NCBI GenBank assembly: GCA_011389995.1
Contig: JAABTG010000009.1
Span: 13,482 to 77,481, forward strand
Source of the DNA: Thiotrichales bacterium
GTDB lineage: Bacteria; Pseudomonadota; Gammaproteobacteria; JAABTG01
Reading direction: 5' to 3'
Length of the DNA: 64,000 nucleotides
Shown: positions 1 to 9,412 of the stretch, piece after piece
How the letters are laid out: every line of letters starts with the position of its first letter
Position numbering within the stretch: position 1 is the first letter of the stretch
Program-made: the position numbers and the translations under genes
Notes under the pieces: generated by a model
The model's input: the letters and a program-made list of their open reading frames with translations, nothing else
Database searches by the model: none
What the model was told of the DNA's origin: nothing

Positions 1-1210
1 CCACCATCACGTTGCTGATGCCCGTGCTCACCAGGGGGAAGTCCTTCTGTACCACCGCCTTCCAGTCGCTGGCGGGCTTCGGCGGCTTGGGTGCCGGGAA
101 CTTGGGCAGCTTCACCTTCTCCTGGTAGTAGTAGCCACCAGGTCGGCCCCATGAACCCAGCAGGGCATTGAGGATGGCGATGGCCCGGCTGCGTTGAGTG
201 TCGTCGCCGTACCAGGTGGTGTGGCGGCCCGGGTGGATGAGGGTGGCCGGCGCGGCGGCGGCCATGGCGCGGGCCGTCTCGCGAATGCGCTGCGGCTCGA
301 TACCGGTCTCGAGGTAGGCCCACTCGGGGTTGAAGGGCTGGACGTGCGCTGCCAGCTCATCGAAACCGCTGCAGTGGTTGGCGACATAGTCCTTGTCGTA
401 GCGCTCCTCGTTGATGAGCACGTTCATCCACGCCAGCAGCAGGGCCATGTCCGTGCCCGGCTTGATGGCAAGCCAGTGCCGGGACTTGGAGGCCGGCACC
501 GAGAAACGCGGATCCACGGTGATCAGATTGACGCCGCGGCCGATGGCCTCGGTGAGGGTCTGGACCTGGCTGTTATGGAGATTTTCGCCGATGTGGGAGC
601 CGATGAGCACGATGCAGCGCGAGTGGCTCATGTCGGTGCGGTCCGGCGACCCCACCCCCTCGCCGTAGGTGAGGCCGAAGCCCGTCTCCCGCGGCCCCCG
701 GCACTGGGCGAAGGAGGGATGGGCATAGGCATCCGAGCCGAAGGCCTGGAGCATGGTCCTGAAGAACTTGCCGCCGCCGCCGTGGGAGAACAGGGCCAGG
801 CGGTCGCGGCCGTGGCGCTCGCCGATGGCCTCCATGCGCCGGGCGATGAAGTCGAAGGCCTCGTCCCAGGACACCGGCTTGAACTCCTGGCCGTCCGCGC
901 CTTCAACCCGCAGCAGCGGCTGGCGCAGGCGGTCCGGGTCCTCATAGCTGCCGATGCCGCCGGTGCCACGGGTACACAGGCGGCCGCGGCAGTGGGGATC
1001 GTCGGGGTGTCCCACCACCTTCCATGGCTTGCCGTCCTCCTGGTACATGGTGCCTGCGCACTGCCAGAAGCAGATGTTGCAGACCGTGGGCGTGGTGGTG
1101 ACCTTGCCGGTACCCGGCAGGGGCTGGCTGGTGCAGCCCCCGAGCAGGCCCGGCATCACCCCGGCGGCACCCAGTGCCCCGGAGATCTTCAGGAACTCCC
1201 GTCTCTTCAT
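1..1210 (-). CDS. Molybdopterin oxidoreductase catalytic subunit, PsrA/PhsA-like (polysulfide/thiosulfate reductase family). N-terminal ~403 aa only; the C-terminus runs off the window start. Tat signal peptide.
   Basis: Own translation of the minus strand from the ATG at ~1210 gives MKRREFLKISGALGAAGVMPGLLG (twin-arginine motif), then a 4Fe-4S Cys cluster (TVCNICFWQCAGTMYQEDGKPWKV ... HCRGRLCTRG) typical of MopB-family N-termini. It is missing from the ORF track because no stop lies inside the window. A rhodanese gene is adjacent. Confidence 0.7.
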   Translation of the reverse strand, partial: MKRREFLKISGALGAAGVMPGLLGGCTSQPLPGTGKVTTTPTVCNICFWQCAGTMYQEDGKPWKVVGHPDDPHCRGRLCTRGTGGIGSYEDPDRLRQPLLRVEGADGQEFKPVSWDEAFDFIARRMEAIGERHGRDRLALFSHGGGGKFFRTMLQAFGSDAYAHPSFAQCRGPRETGFGLTYGEGVGSPDRTDMSHSRCIVLIGSHIGENLHNSQVQTLTEAIGRGVNLITVDPRFSVPASKSRHWLAIKPGTDMALLLAWMNVLINEERYDKDYVANHCSGFDELAAHVQPFNPEWAYLETGIEPQRIRETARAMAAAAPATLIHPGRHTTWYGDDTQRSRAIAILNALLGSWGRPGGYYYQEKVKLPKFPAPKPPKPASDWKAVVQKDFPLVSTGISNVMV

Positions 1211-1223
1211 GACAGCGTCAACC

Positions 1224-2501
1224 TCAGAGCGTGTAGCTGCCGTCCTTGTCGATGGCGATGGTTTCGTTCAGGTAACGGGTCTTGAAACCCATGTTCTTGA
1301 GCATCTGGTAACCCATCTCGGCGCGGATGCCGTTGGCGCAATAAATCAGGATCTCCTTGTCCTTGGGCAGGCTGGTGGCCTTGTCCTCGAGGTCCTCGAG
1401 GGCGATGTGCCGGGCCCCCTCGATTTTGCCGGCCGCTACCTCCTGGTCGGTGCGCACGTCCACCAGCACCACATTCTCACCCTGCTCCTCCAGGGACTTG
1501 AACTCGTTGGGGGCGATGGCGCCGGGGGCGAGCTTCTTCTCGTAGACGATCTGGGTGCTGACGGCACCGGACTCCGTGGGCAGGCTGGCCGCCTGCCAGA
1601 CGTCGAAGCCGCCCTTGAGGATGGAGGCCTTCTTGTAGCCCCAGCTGCGCAGCTCCTTGTAGGCCAGCAGGGCCTCCCTGGAGGTGTGGCTGTCGGCATA
1701 GACGACGACGGGGGCGCGCATGTCACTGACCCCCGGCAGCTGCGGCACGGTCTGCTTGGCGATGAAGCGTTCGGTCATGGCCTGCAACTCGGACACGGGA
1801 AGGGCCACCGCACCCTTGATGTGGGACTGGCCGCTGGCCGCCTCGGGGCGGACATCGAGGACCACGTGCTGCGGGTCGAGGTTCTTGGCCAGCCAGGCGG
1901 CCTCGGAGTGAACGGGCAGCTTGGCCTTCTTCCAGCCGGGCAGGCCGAGCTGATAGCCCTTCAGGTTGGTGTGGCCCACCTTCTCGGCCTTCTCCACCGC
2001 GACGCCGGTATAGGGGCAGGTGGGGCCGCCGCAATAGAACACCAGCAGCGCATTCTTGTCGTCCGGCAGCTTGGCGAGGAAACCCTCCTCCTTGGGGAAG
2101 GCCGACTCGGCGCTGGGGATGTGGGCGGCGCCGAAGCGCTTGGCGGGGCGGGCGTCGTAGAGGTGATAGGGCTGGCCGCCGGTCATGATGCCCAGCAGTT
2201 CCCTGGTGTCGATCTCCACCCCCGGGGGCAGGCCGAAGACCACCTTCTTGATGCTGGCGGCCGCCTTGCCGGGCTCGCGCTGGACCTCGATGAGGTCCGG
2301 GGGGCCGAGTTCCTTGAGGCCTGCCGTACCCTCATACTGGGTGTTGGCGTCGGTACGTACCACGACCTTACCCGCGCCCTTGACGTTGATCTGTATGGTG
2401 CCGGCCTTCTTGGAGATTTCGGCGATGCGTCCCTTCACCGTCTCGGCCTGGGCGACGACGGCGAGGGCGAGGAGAGAAACGAGAAGGATCAGTCTTTTCA
2501 T
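1224..2501 (-). CDS. Periplasmic sulfurtransferase with multiple rhodanese domains (Sud-like polysulfide-sulfur transferase)
   Basis: 425-aa ORF with an N-terminal signal peptide (MKRLILLVSLLALAVVAQA). Repeated rhodanese active-site loops are present (FYCGGPTCPYTG, LIYCANGIRAEMG). It lies immediately upstream of and co-oriented with the PsrA-like gene. Confidence 0.75.
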   Translation of the reverse strand: MKRLILLVSLLALAVVAQAETVKGRIAEISKKAGTIQINVKGAGKVVVRTDANTQYEGTAGLKELGPPDLIEVQREPGKAAASIKKVVFGLPPGVEIDTRELLGIMTGGQPYHLYDARPAKRFGAAHIPSAESAFPKEEGFLAKLPDDKNALLVFYCGGPTCPYTGVAVEKAEKVGHTNLKGYQLGLPGWKKAKLPVHSEAAWLAKNLDPQHVVLDVRPEAASGQSHIKGAVALPVSELQAMTERFIAKQTVPQLPGVSDMRAPVVVYADSHTSREALLAYKELRSWGYKKASILKGGFDVWQAASLPTESGAVSTQIVYEKKLAPGAIAPNEFKSLEEQGENVVLVDVRTDQEVAAGKIEGARHIALEDLEDKATSLPKDKEILIYCANGIRAEMGYQMLKNMGFKTRYLNETIAIDKDGSYTL

Positions 2502-3085
2502 GACTCACTCCATTGGGGTAGAAACAGGAAGAAAAGCTTTATTAGAATTTTCGCTATTTGAATACATCAGGCTTATCAACCGCTTTAATCCAAATCAAGT
2601 TCGCAGTCCAAACTTACCCATTTCGGATGATCTGCGGCAAAAACAACGAGAACGCTGCCAATTCCCGCTTTTTCCCTACAATTAATCGGGCCTTATGTGC
2701 GTTCATGGGGCGCCTCCCGTTGTTCGCAGCATCCGCCTCCCGGGATTATGTTCGCCTCAGGGCATATCCGGCCCCTCGGCGCGACGGTATCCCTCTGCGC
2801 CGTCGACCGTCCCAGGGCCCTGGCGGGCCGACGGCCGTGACGTCGAGGGATCTGAGCTACTCCGGCGGCGCGAAGGATTGCGTGTCGGGGTGGTCGGCCC
2901 GCCGGTCTATGCAGATGTAACCGTGAAACGCAGTCCCAAAGAGCCTCCCGGAGCCTCCTCACACCGCACCAACCGGCTCACCTTCCACGGCTTCGAGCGA
3001 GGACACGTCGCGGTGGTCGCCGCGGGGCTGTCGCCCCTGGTGCGGGAGTCACCACCGGCCGTGAACAGCGGCAGTGGGCGGGGCG

Positions 3086-3727
3086 TCACTCGGCCTCGGA
3101 CAGGGTCACGATGGTGCCGGCCTCCAGGACACGACCCTCGAACAGGTCGTCGTCCATGCGCCCGGAGACGCTCACCTTGTCGCCCACCTCGACCTGCTGG
3201 TAACCCTCATCATCCAGCGGGTCGTAGGCCATCTCGTCCACCTCCACGGTGATGCGCCGGTCACCGGAATCGATGGTGAACTCCTCGTCATTCACCGCGG
3301 TCACGGTGCCCTGGACGATGGTCCCGGAGATGACCACCGGCGTGGTGATGGTAACGAAGGTGTCCTCCTCGTCCACGGCCGAGGCATAGAAATACGTGCC
3401 GATATTCTCCACGTAGACGCTGCTGGCCTCGATGGTGCGGGTCTCGTAGAGGTCGTCGTCGATGATGCCGCTCACCGACACCTTGTCGCCCTCAATCAGC
3501 TTGTAGCCGTCGGCGTCGCGATCGCCGTCGTCCATCTCCACGGTGATGATGCCCTCGCCGTAGTCGAGGACGAAGGCATCCCGGTCGACGCTCTCCACGG
3601 TACCGCTGATGCTGATCCAGGTGTCATCGGGCCTGGTGGCCGGGTCCTCCGCCGCCGTCACCGGCGGCGTCGCGACCAGTCCGAGAATGCCCACCAGTAT
3701 GAAACCCTTCGTTGTCATGACATTCAT
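3086..3727 (-). CDS. Secreted acidic protein with two tandem YgiW/BOF-like OB-fold domains (hypothetical)
   Basis: Signal peptide MNVMTTKGFILVGILGLVATPPVTAAEDP, with a GGGAGA Shine-Dalgarno 5 nt upstream of that ATG. Two ~90-aa internal repeats share the pattern SGTVxSVDxDxFxLDxGxGxITVExDD...GDKVSVSGxxDDDLxExRxxEA, resembling the YgiW/BOF OB fold. The track ORF extends to 3811, but the SD supports the start at 3727. Confidence 0.6.
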   Translation of the reverse strand: MNVMTTKGFILVGILGLVATPPVTAAEDPATRPDDTWISISGTVESVDRDAFVLDYGEGIITVEMDDGDRDADGYKLIEGDKVSVSGIIDDDLYETRTIEASSVYVENIGTYFYASAVDEEDTFVTITTPVVISGTIVQGTVTAVNDEEFTIDSGDRRITVEVDEMAYDPLDDEGYQQVEVGDKVSVSGRMDDDLFEGRVLEAGTIVTLSEAE

Positions 3728-3946
3728 GTCTGTCTCCCGTTGCATGTTCTTTAAATTAACCGGCCTGCGGCACAGTCGGAACGCTGCGCCGGAATAGCAC
3801 AGAAGAGGCAACGGGGATGCCAGGGGCGCGGCAACGGCGAAACAGCCACGCCCACAACGTAAGCCGCCACCAGGGTGGGGCTTTTCAGCCGGGAGAATGG
3901 GGAAATAACCCGCCCCGCCGAGGGGCCGCGAACGGGTTGGCCCGAC

Positions 3947-5380
3947 TCAGCTGGCCGCCAGGGCGGCGACGCACAGGGTCAGCAGGGCCCCGGGAAACAG
4001 GCCGAGGCCCAGCACGGCGAGGCCATTGATGCTGACGGCGGCCTGCAGGTCACCGCCGGCGGTGATGGGGCTGGCGTCCTCGGGCTTGTCGAAGTACATG
4101 AGCTTGACCACCCGCAGGTAATAGAAGGCACCGATGATGGAAAACACCACGGCCACCACGGCGAGCCACACCATGTCCGCCGCCACCACCTCCCGCAGCA
4201 CGGACCACTTGGCCCAGAAACCCACGAAGGGGGGCACGCCTGCCATGGAGAACAGGAACACCATCATGATGAAGGCGAACCACGGGCTGCGCTCATTGAG
4301 GCCCTTGAAGTCCTCCAGGCGGTCCGCCTCGAAGCCGCCGCGGGACAGCAGCACGATCATACCGAAGCCACCGAGGCTCATGATGGCGTAGACGATGGCA
4401 TAGAACATGGAAGCGGCGTAGCCCGCCTCGGTGCCCGACAGCACGCCGAGGATCAGAAAACCCACGTGGGCGATGGTCGAATAGGCGAACATGCGCTTGA
4501 GGTTGGTCTGGGCGATGGCGATGACGTTACCCACCGCCATGGACAGGATGGAGAGGATAACCAGCATGGCCTGCCAGTCGGCCTGCAGGCCCTCCAGGCC
4601 GTCCACCAGCACCCGCATCACCATGGCGAAGGCCGCCATCTTGGGGGCCGAACCGATGAACAGGGTGACGGCGGTGGGGGCGCCGTGATAGACGTCGGGC
4701 AGCCACATGTGAAAGGGCACGGCGCCCAGTTTGAAGGCCAGGCCCACCACCAGGAACACCAGCCCGAACACCAGTACCGTGTCGTCCACGATGTCGCCGC
4801 TGGCCACCACCGCCGCGATCTCCCCCAGGTCCACGGTACCCGTACCGCCGTAGATCATGGAGATACCATAGAGCAGCATTCCCGACGCCAGGGCCCCCAG
4901 TACGAAGTACTTCATGGCCGCCTCGGAGGCATCCGCCGAATCCCGGTGCATGGCCACCATGGCGTAGAGACACAGGGATAGCAACTCCAGGCCCAGGTAG
5001 ATGGTGAGGAGGCTGTGGGCGGACACCATGATCATCATGCCGAGCACCGCGAACAGTCCCAGCACGTAGTACTCGCCCTTGAAGACGTTGCGCTCCCGCA
5101 GGTAGTCCTTGGAATAGGTGAAGGCAAAGAAGGCGATACCGGCGATGAAGGCCTTCAATACCGAACCCATGCCGTCCACCACCGCCGCGCCATGGAACAC
5201 CACCTGGGGCTCGGCGGGATAGAGGGCCACCGTGAGCCCCCCCGTGATGACCAGGGTCATGAGGGCCAGCTGGTAGGTCACCGCGCGATAGGCCTCGGGC
5301 AGGAAGGCATCCACGATGAGCACCACGCAGGCCATGGTGAGGAGAAACAGCTCGGGAGTGATGGCGACGAAGTCGGTCAT
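3947..5380 (-). CDS. nuoN: NADH-quinone oxidoreductase subunit N
   Basis: 477 aa, polytopic membrane protein with NuoN/ND2-type conserved motifs. It is the last gene of the nuo operon. Confidence 0.9.
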   Translation of the reverse strand: MTDFVAITPELFLLTMACVVLIVDAFLPEAYRAVTYQLALMTLVITGGLTVALYPAEPQVVFHGAAVVDGMGSVLKAFIAGIAFFAFTYSKDYLRERNVFKGEYYVLGLFAVLGMMIMVSAHSLLTIYLGLELLSLCLYAMVAMHRDSADASEAAMKYFVLGALASGMLLYGISMIYGGTGTVDLGEIAAVVASGDIVDDTVLVFGLVFLVVGLAFKLGAVPFHMWLPDVYHGAPTAVTLFIGSAPKMAAFAMVMRVLVDGLEGLQADWQAMLVILSILSMAVGNVIAIAQTNLKRMFAYSTIAHVGFLILGVLSGTEAGYAASMFYAIVYAIMSLGGFGMIVLLSRGGFEADRLEDFKGLNERSPWFAFIMMVFLFSMAGVPPFVGFWAKWSVLREVVAADMVWLAVVAVVFSIIGAFYYLRVVKLMYFDKPEDASPITAGGDLQAAVSINGLAVLGLGLFPGALLTLCVAALAAS

Positions 5381-5391
5381 TGTTGGAAACC

Positions 5392-5419
5392 GGGAATAGG
5401 GAATAGGGAATAGGGAATG
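5392..5419. repeat. Heptanucleotide tandem array (GGGAATA)x4; left arm of the inverted repeat pair flanking the four-helix-bundle gene
   Basis: Direct read: gggaatagggaatagggaatagggaatgg. It lies between the nuoN start codon and the four-helix-bundle gene stop codon. Confidence 0.85.
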
Positions 5420-5422
5420 GCT

Positions 5423-5803
5423 TTAAAGGCGTCTGCGGGCATCCTGGATACTCCGGATGAATCCCGCAAGGAGACGGGACTCATTGGCCACTGTTTGAAA
5501 AATCTCATCATCTCTTTGCAGATATCCCAGTTCGCTCGCAATGATAAGTTGAGTATCCACTTCACTGAGCGAGCCACTTGCCACATCCAGGAACCTCAAC
5601 AATTCCTTATCGCTCCTTCGCGCGACACCCTCCGCAATATTGCTCGGAACAGATACAGACGCCCTGCGAAGCTGCGCGCAAAGGCCATATCGCTCATCTT
5701 TGGGGAACCGTCCAGTTAAATCGTAAACGGCCTTTACAAGAACGATCCCCTGTTTCCATACATCAAGCCTATAGTGGCGTCTCCACTTCACATCGGCATC
5801 CAT
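5423..5803 (-). CDS. Four-helix-bundle protein (TIGR02436, '23S rRNA intervening-sequence protein' family; related to DGR Avd) inserted inside the nuo operon
   Basis: 126 aa: RYGLCAQLRRASVSVPSNIAEGVARRSDKELLRFLDVASGSLSEVDTQLIIASELGYL matches the family signature (QIRRAAxSIxxNIAEG ... GSxxELETQLxIA). A strong SD (GAGGAGGG) sits 6 nt upstream. It is co-oriented with the nuo genes and flanked by inverted heptamer arrays. Confidence 0.85.
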   Translation of the reverse strand: MDADVKWRRHYRLDVWKQGIVLVKAVYDLTGRFPKDERYGLCAQLRRASVSVPSNIAEGVARRSDKELLRFLDVASGSLSEVDTQLIIASELGYLQRDDEIFQTVANESRLLAGFIRSIQDARRRL

Positions 5804-5851
5804 TCCGGTCCCTCCTCGGCCTCACCTGACCCATCCCCGTCCGGCTTCCTG

Positions 5852-5878
5852 CTATTCCCTATTCCCTATTCCCTATTC
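5852..5878. repeat. Heptanucleotide tandem array (TATTCCC)x~4; reverse complement of the (GGGAATA) array
   Basis: Direct read: ctattccctattccctattccctattc, between the nuoM stop (5907) and the four-helix-bundle gene start (5803). It is perfectly complementary to 5392-5419. Confidence 0.85.
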
Positions 5879-5906
5879 ACTCGCCTTTGAATCATTCCCT
5901 TTTCCC

Positions 5907-7424
5907 TCAAAGCTTCGACTGCACCATATGCCCGATCAGATGCTCCACCGTGGGATGCATCACCTCCAGAATGGGCTGGGGCCAGACCCCGAAGAGGATG
6001 ACCACCACGGCCAGGACGCCGAGGATCAGGAACTCCCGGGTGGCGAGGTCGCCGAGTCCGGCCACCTTGTCGTTGGCCACCTTGCCGTAGATGACCCGCT
6101 TGTACATCCACAGGTTGTAGGTGGCCCCCAGCAGCAGGATGCTGGCGGCCAGGAAGGCGTACCAGAAATTGGCCTGGAAGCTGGACAGGATGACCATGAA
6201 CTCACCCACGAAGCCGGAGGTACCCGGCAGGCCCGAGTTGGCCATGATGAACAGCATCATGAAGGCGGCGAATACCGGCATGGGATTGGCCACGCCGCCA
6301 TAGGCACCGATCTCGCGGGTGTGCATGCGGTCGTAGAGCACCCCCACGCACAGGAACAGGGCGCCGGAGATGAAGCCGTGGGAGATCATCTGCATCATCC
6401 CCCCCTCCATACCCAGGGCCGCCCCCTGGATGTCCCCGGTGTTGTCGAGGATGGCGAAGGCCACGAAGAAGCCCAGGGTGACGAAGCCCATGTGGGAGAT
6501 GCTGGAGTAGGCCACCAGCTTCTTGAGGTCCTTCTGGACGATGGCCACGAAGCCGATGTAGACCACGGCGATGAGGGACAGGCCGATCATGAGCCAGTCC
6601 AGCTCGCGGCTGGCATCGGGGGTGATGGGCAGGCTGAAGCGCAGGAAGCCGTAGCCGCCCATCTTGAGCATGATGGCCGCCAGCACCACGGAGCCGCCGG
6701 TGGGGGCCTCCACGTGGGCATCCGGCAGCCAGGTGTGCACCGGCCACATGGGCACCTTCACCGCGAAGGCGATGAGGAAGGCCAGGAAGATGAGAATCTG
6801 CGCCGACAGGCCGATGGAGACCACGTGCATGTCCTGGATGGCGAAGCTGCCGGCCTGACCGTAGAGATAGAGCAGGGCCACCAGCATGAACACCGAGCCC
6901 AGGAAGGTATAGAGAAAAAACTTGATGGTGGCGTAGATGCGGTTGGGCCCGCCCCAGATGCCGATGATGAGAAACATGGGGATGAGCATGGCCTCCCAGA
7001 ACACGTAGAACAGCATGGCGTCCATGGCGGCGAACACGCCGTTCATCAGGCCTTCCATGATGAGGAAGGCCGCCATGTACTGGCCCACCTTGTACTGGAT
7101 GACCTCCCAGGCGGAGATCACCACCAGCACCGTGGTGAAGGTGGTCAGCAGTATCAGGGGCATGGAGAAGCCGTCCACCCCGAGGTGATAGTTGATGCTG
7201 AAGGCCTCGATCCAGGGCATCTTCTCCACGAACTGCATGGCCGGCGTGGTGGTGTCGAAGCCGGTGTAGAGGGGGATGGAGAGCAGGAAGGTGGCCAGGG
7301 ACACCACCAGGGCGATCACCCGTGCACCCTGGGCGTTGCGCTCGCCGGCGGCGAGGATCCACGCGCCACCCAGGATGGGCAGCCACACCAGCAGGCTCAG
7401 AAGGGGCAGTTTCTCGAACAGCAT
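5907..7424 (-). CDS. nuoM: NADH-quinone oxidoreductase subunit M
   Basis: 505 aa; NuoM/ND4 family membrane subunit. Confidence 0.9.
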   Translation of the reverse strand: MLFEKLPLLSLLVWLPILGGAWILAAGERNAQGARVIALVVSLATFLLSIPLYTGFDTTTPAMQFVEKMPWIEAFSINYHLGVDGFSMPLILLTTFTTVLVVISAWEVIQYKVGQYMAAFLIMEGLMNGVFAAMDAMLFYVFWEAMLIPMFLIIGIWGGPNRIYATIKFFLYTFLGSVFMLVALLYLYGQAGSFAIQDMHVVSIGLSAQILIFLAFLIAFAVKVPMWPVHTWLPDAHVEAPTGGSVVLAAIMLKMGGYGFLRFSLPITPDASRELDWLMIGLSLIAVVYIGFVAIVQKDLKKLVAYSSISHMGFVTLGFFVAFAILDNTGDIQGAALGMEGGMMQMISHGFISGALFLCVGVLYDRMHTREIGAYGGVANPMPVFAAFMMLFIMANSGLPGTSGFVGEFMVILSSFQANFWYAFLAASILLLGATYNLWMYKRVIYGKVANDKVAGLGDLATREFLILGVLAVVVILFGVWPQPILEVMHPTVEHLIGHMVQSKL

Positions 7425-7440
7425 GTCTAATTCATCCCCC

Positions 7441-9402
7441 TCACGAACCGCCCACGGCGAACTGCAGCAACAGCAGCAGCCCGATGATCATGGCGAAGGC
7501 ATAGGTATACAGATACCCCGTCTGGATGCGCCGGAAGATGCCGGAGAACCAGGCCACCACCTTCGCCGAGCCGTTCACCACCAGGCCGTCGATGAGGGCC
7601 AGATCCCCCACCCGCCACAACAGCCCCCCGAGACCCCGGGTACCCCCGCCGAAGAACCAGTCGTTGAAGCGGTCGTGTCCGTACTTCTCCACCAGGATGG
7701 TATGGAGGGGCCGCACCCGCGCCACTATCTTCGCCGGCAGATCGGTGCGCTTCATGTACAGGAACCAGGCCGTAAACACCCCGAGGGCCGCCAGCCAGAA
7801 GGGTGGCGCCATGATGCCATGGAGCATGAAGGCCACCAGCCCGTGGTAGCCCTCCCCCAGGCGGGCCAGGGTGTCGTGCTCGGGGGCAACGAAGATGGCC
7901 TCGCCGAAATAGTCGCCGAACAGCATGGGCTCGGCCCACAACCAGCCGATGATCACCGACGGGATGGCCAGCAGGATCAGAGGCACGGTGACCACCCACG
8001 GGGCCTCGTGGAGGTGTTCCCGGGTATGTTCGTCCATGCGTTCCTCGCCGTGGAAGGTCATGAAGAACATGCGGAAGGAATAGAGGGCGGTGATGAATAC
8101 CCCCGAGAGTACTGCCAGGTAGGCGATGTCGGCCCCCCACAGCTCCGAATGGTGCACCGCCTCGATGATGCCGTCCTTGGAAAAGAAGCCGGAGAAACCC
8201 GGAAACCCGATGAGGGCCAGGGAGCCGATGAGGGAGGTGACATAGGTGATGGGCATGTACTTGCGCAATCCGCCCATGCGGCGCATGTCCTGCTCGTGAT
8301 GCATGGCGATGATGACCGCCCCCGCCCCCAGGAACAGCAGGGCCTTGAAGAAGGCGTGGGTGCCGAGATGGAACATGGACGCCGCGTAGGCCGAGGCCCC
8401 CAGGCCCACCGCCATGTAGCCCAGCTGGGACAGGGTGGAGTAGGCCACCACCCGTTTGATGTCGTTCTGCACCAGCCCCAGCAGCCCCATGAAGAAGGCG
8501 GTGATGGCACCAATGATGAGGACGAAGGACAGGGCCGTCTCGGAGAGCTCGAACAGGGGCGACATGCGGCTGACCATGAAGATACCGGCGGTCACCATGG
8601 TGGCGGCGTGGATGAGGGCCGAGATGGGGGTCGGGCCCTCCATGGAATCGGGCAGCCACACGTGCAGCGGCCACTGGGCGGATTTGCCCATGGCACCGAT
8701 GAACAGCAGGATGCAGATGACGGAGAACAGGGACCACTCGGCGCCGGGGATGACCTCCATGGTGGTCCCCACCAGCTCCGGCGCCCTGGCGAAGACCTCG
8801 GCGTAATCCAGGGTGCCGAAGTACATCAGCACCGCGGCGATGCCGAGCAGGAAGCCGAAGTCTCCCGCCCGGTTCACCAGGAAGGCCTTCATGTTGGCGT
8901 AGATGGCCGAGTCCCGCTCGTACCAGAAGCCGATGAGCAGGTAGGACACCAGGCCCACCGCCTCCCAGCCGAAGAACAGCTGGAGGAAGTTGTTGGCCAT
9001 CACCAGCATCAGCATGGCGAAGGTGAACAGGGAGATGTAGCTGAAGAACCGCTGGTAGCCCGGGTCGTCGTGCATGTAACCGATGGTGTAGATGTGGACC
9101 ATCAGGGACACGAAGGTCACCACCACCATCATGGTGGCCGTCAGTTGGTCGACGAGAAAGCCCACCTGGAAGGCGATGCCGTCGCTCACGGCCCAGGTAT
9201 AGACGTTGCCGTTGAAGGCGTCGGCACCCTCCAGCACGTGGTGGTTGTAGACCACGAAGGAGAGCACGGTGGACAGGGCCACGCCGATGATGGTGACCCA
9301 ATGGGCCCCGGCCCTGCCGATGGCCTTGCCCAACAGGCCGGCGATGAGGGCACCCACCAGGGGGGCCAGGGGGATGGCCAGATAGATGTCGAACATGTCC
9401 AT
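7441..9402 (-). CDS. nuoL: NADH-quinone oxidoreductase subunit L
   Basis: 653 aa; NuoL/ND5 family with a long C-terminal extension. Confidence 0.9.
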   Translation of the reverse strand: MDMFDIYLAIPLAPLVGALIAGLLGKAIGRAGAHWVTIIGVALSTVLSFVVYNHHVLEGADAFNGNVYTWAVSDGIAFQVGFLVDQLTATMMVVVTFVSLMVHIYTIGYMHDDPGYQRFFSYISLFTFAMLMLVMANNFLQLFFGWEAVGLVSYLLIGFWYERDSAIYANMKAFLVNRAGDFGFLLGIAAVLMYFGTLDYAEVFARAPELVGTTMEVIPGAEWSLFSVICILLFIGAMGKSAQWPLHVWLPDSMEGPTPISALIHAATMVTAGIFMVSRMSPLFELSETALSFVLIIGAITAFFMGLLGLVQNDIKRVVAYSTLSQLGYMAVGLGASAYAASMFHLGTHAFFKALLFLGAGAVIIAMHHEQDMRRMGGLRKYMPITYVTSLIGSLALIGFPGFSGFFSKDGIIEAVHHSELWGADIAYLAVLSGVFITALYSFRMFFMTFHGEERMDEHTREHLHEAPWVVTVPLILLAIPSVIIGWLWAEPMLFGDYFGEAIFVAPEHDTLARLGEGYHGLVAFMLHGIMAPPFWLAALGVFTAWFLYMKRTDLPAKIVARVRPLHTILVEKYGHDRFNDWFFGGGTRGLGGLLWRVGDLALIDGLVVNGSAKVVAWFSGIFRRIQTGYLYTYAFAMIIGLLLLLQFAVGGS

Positions 9403-9412
9403 GGTCAGCGCC

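Noticed and set aside
194-1285. 363-aa plus-strand ORF and the small ORFs at 112..387, 411..668, 628..969 and 753..947
   Set aside because: They are antisense to, or out of frame with, the clearly recognisable PsrA-like minus-strand gene (Tat signal plus Fe-S cluster). Their composition is typical of high-GC antisense artefacts.
5423-5803. Diversity-generating retroelement, suggested by the Avd-like four-helix-bundle protein
   Set aside because: No reverse transcriptase ORF is present, and no template/variable repeat pair or IMH-like sequence lies nearby. Only the 4HB gene and heptamer arrays are there. It is better explained as an IVS-type cassette.
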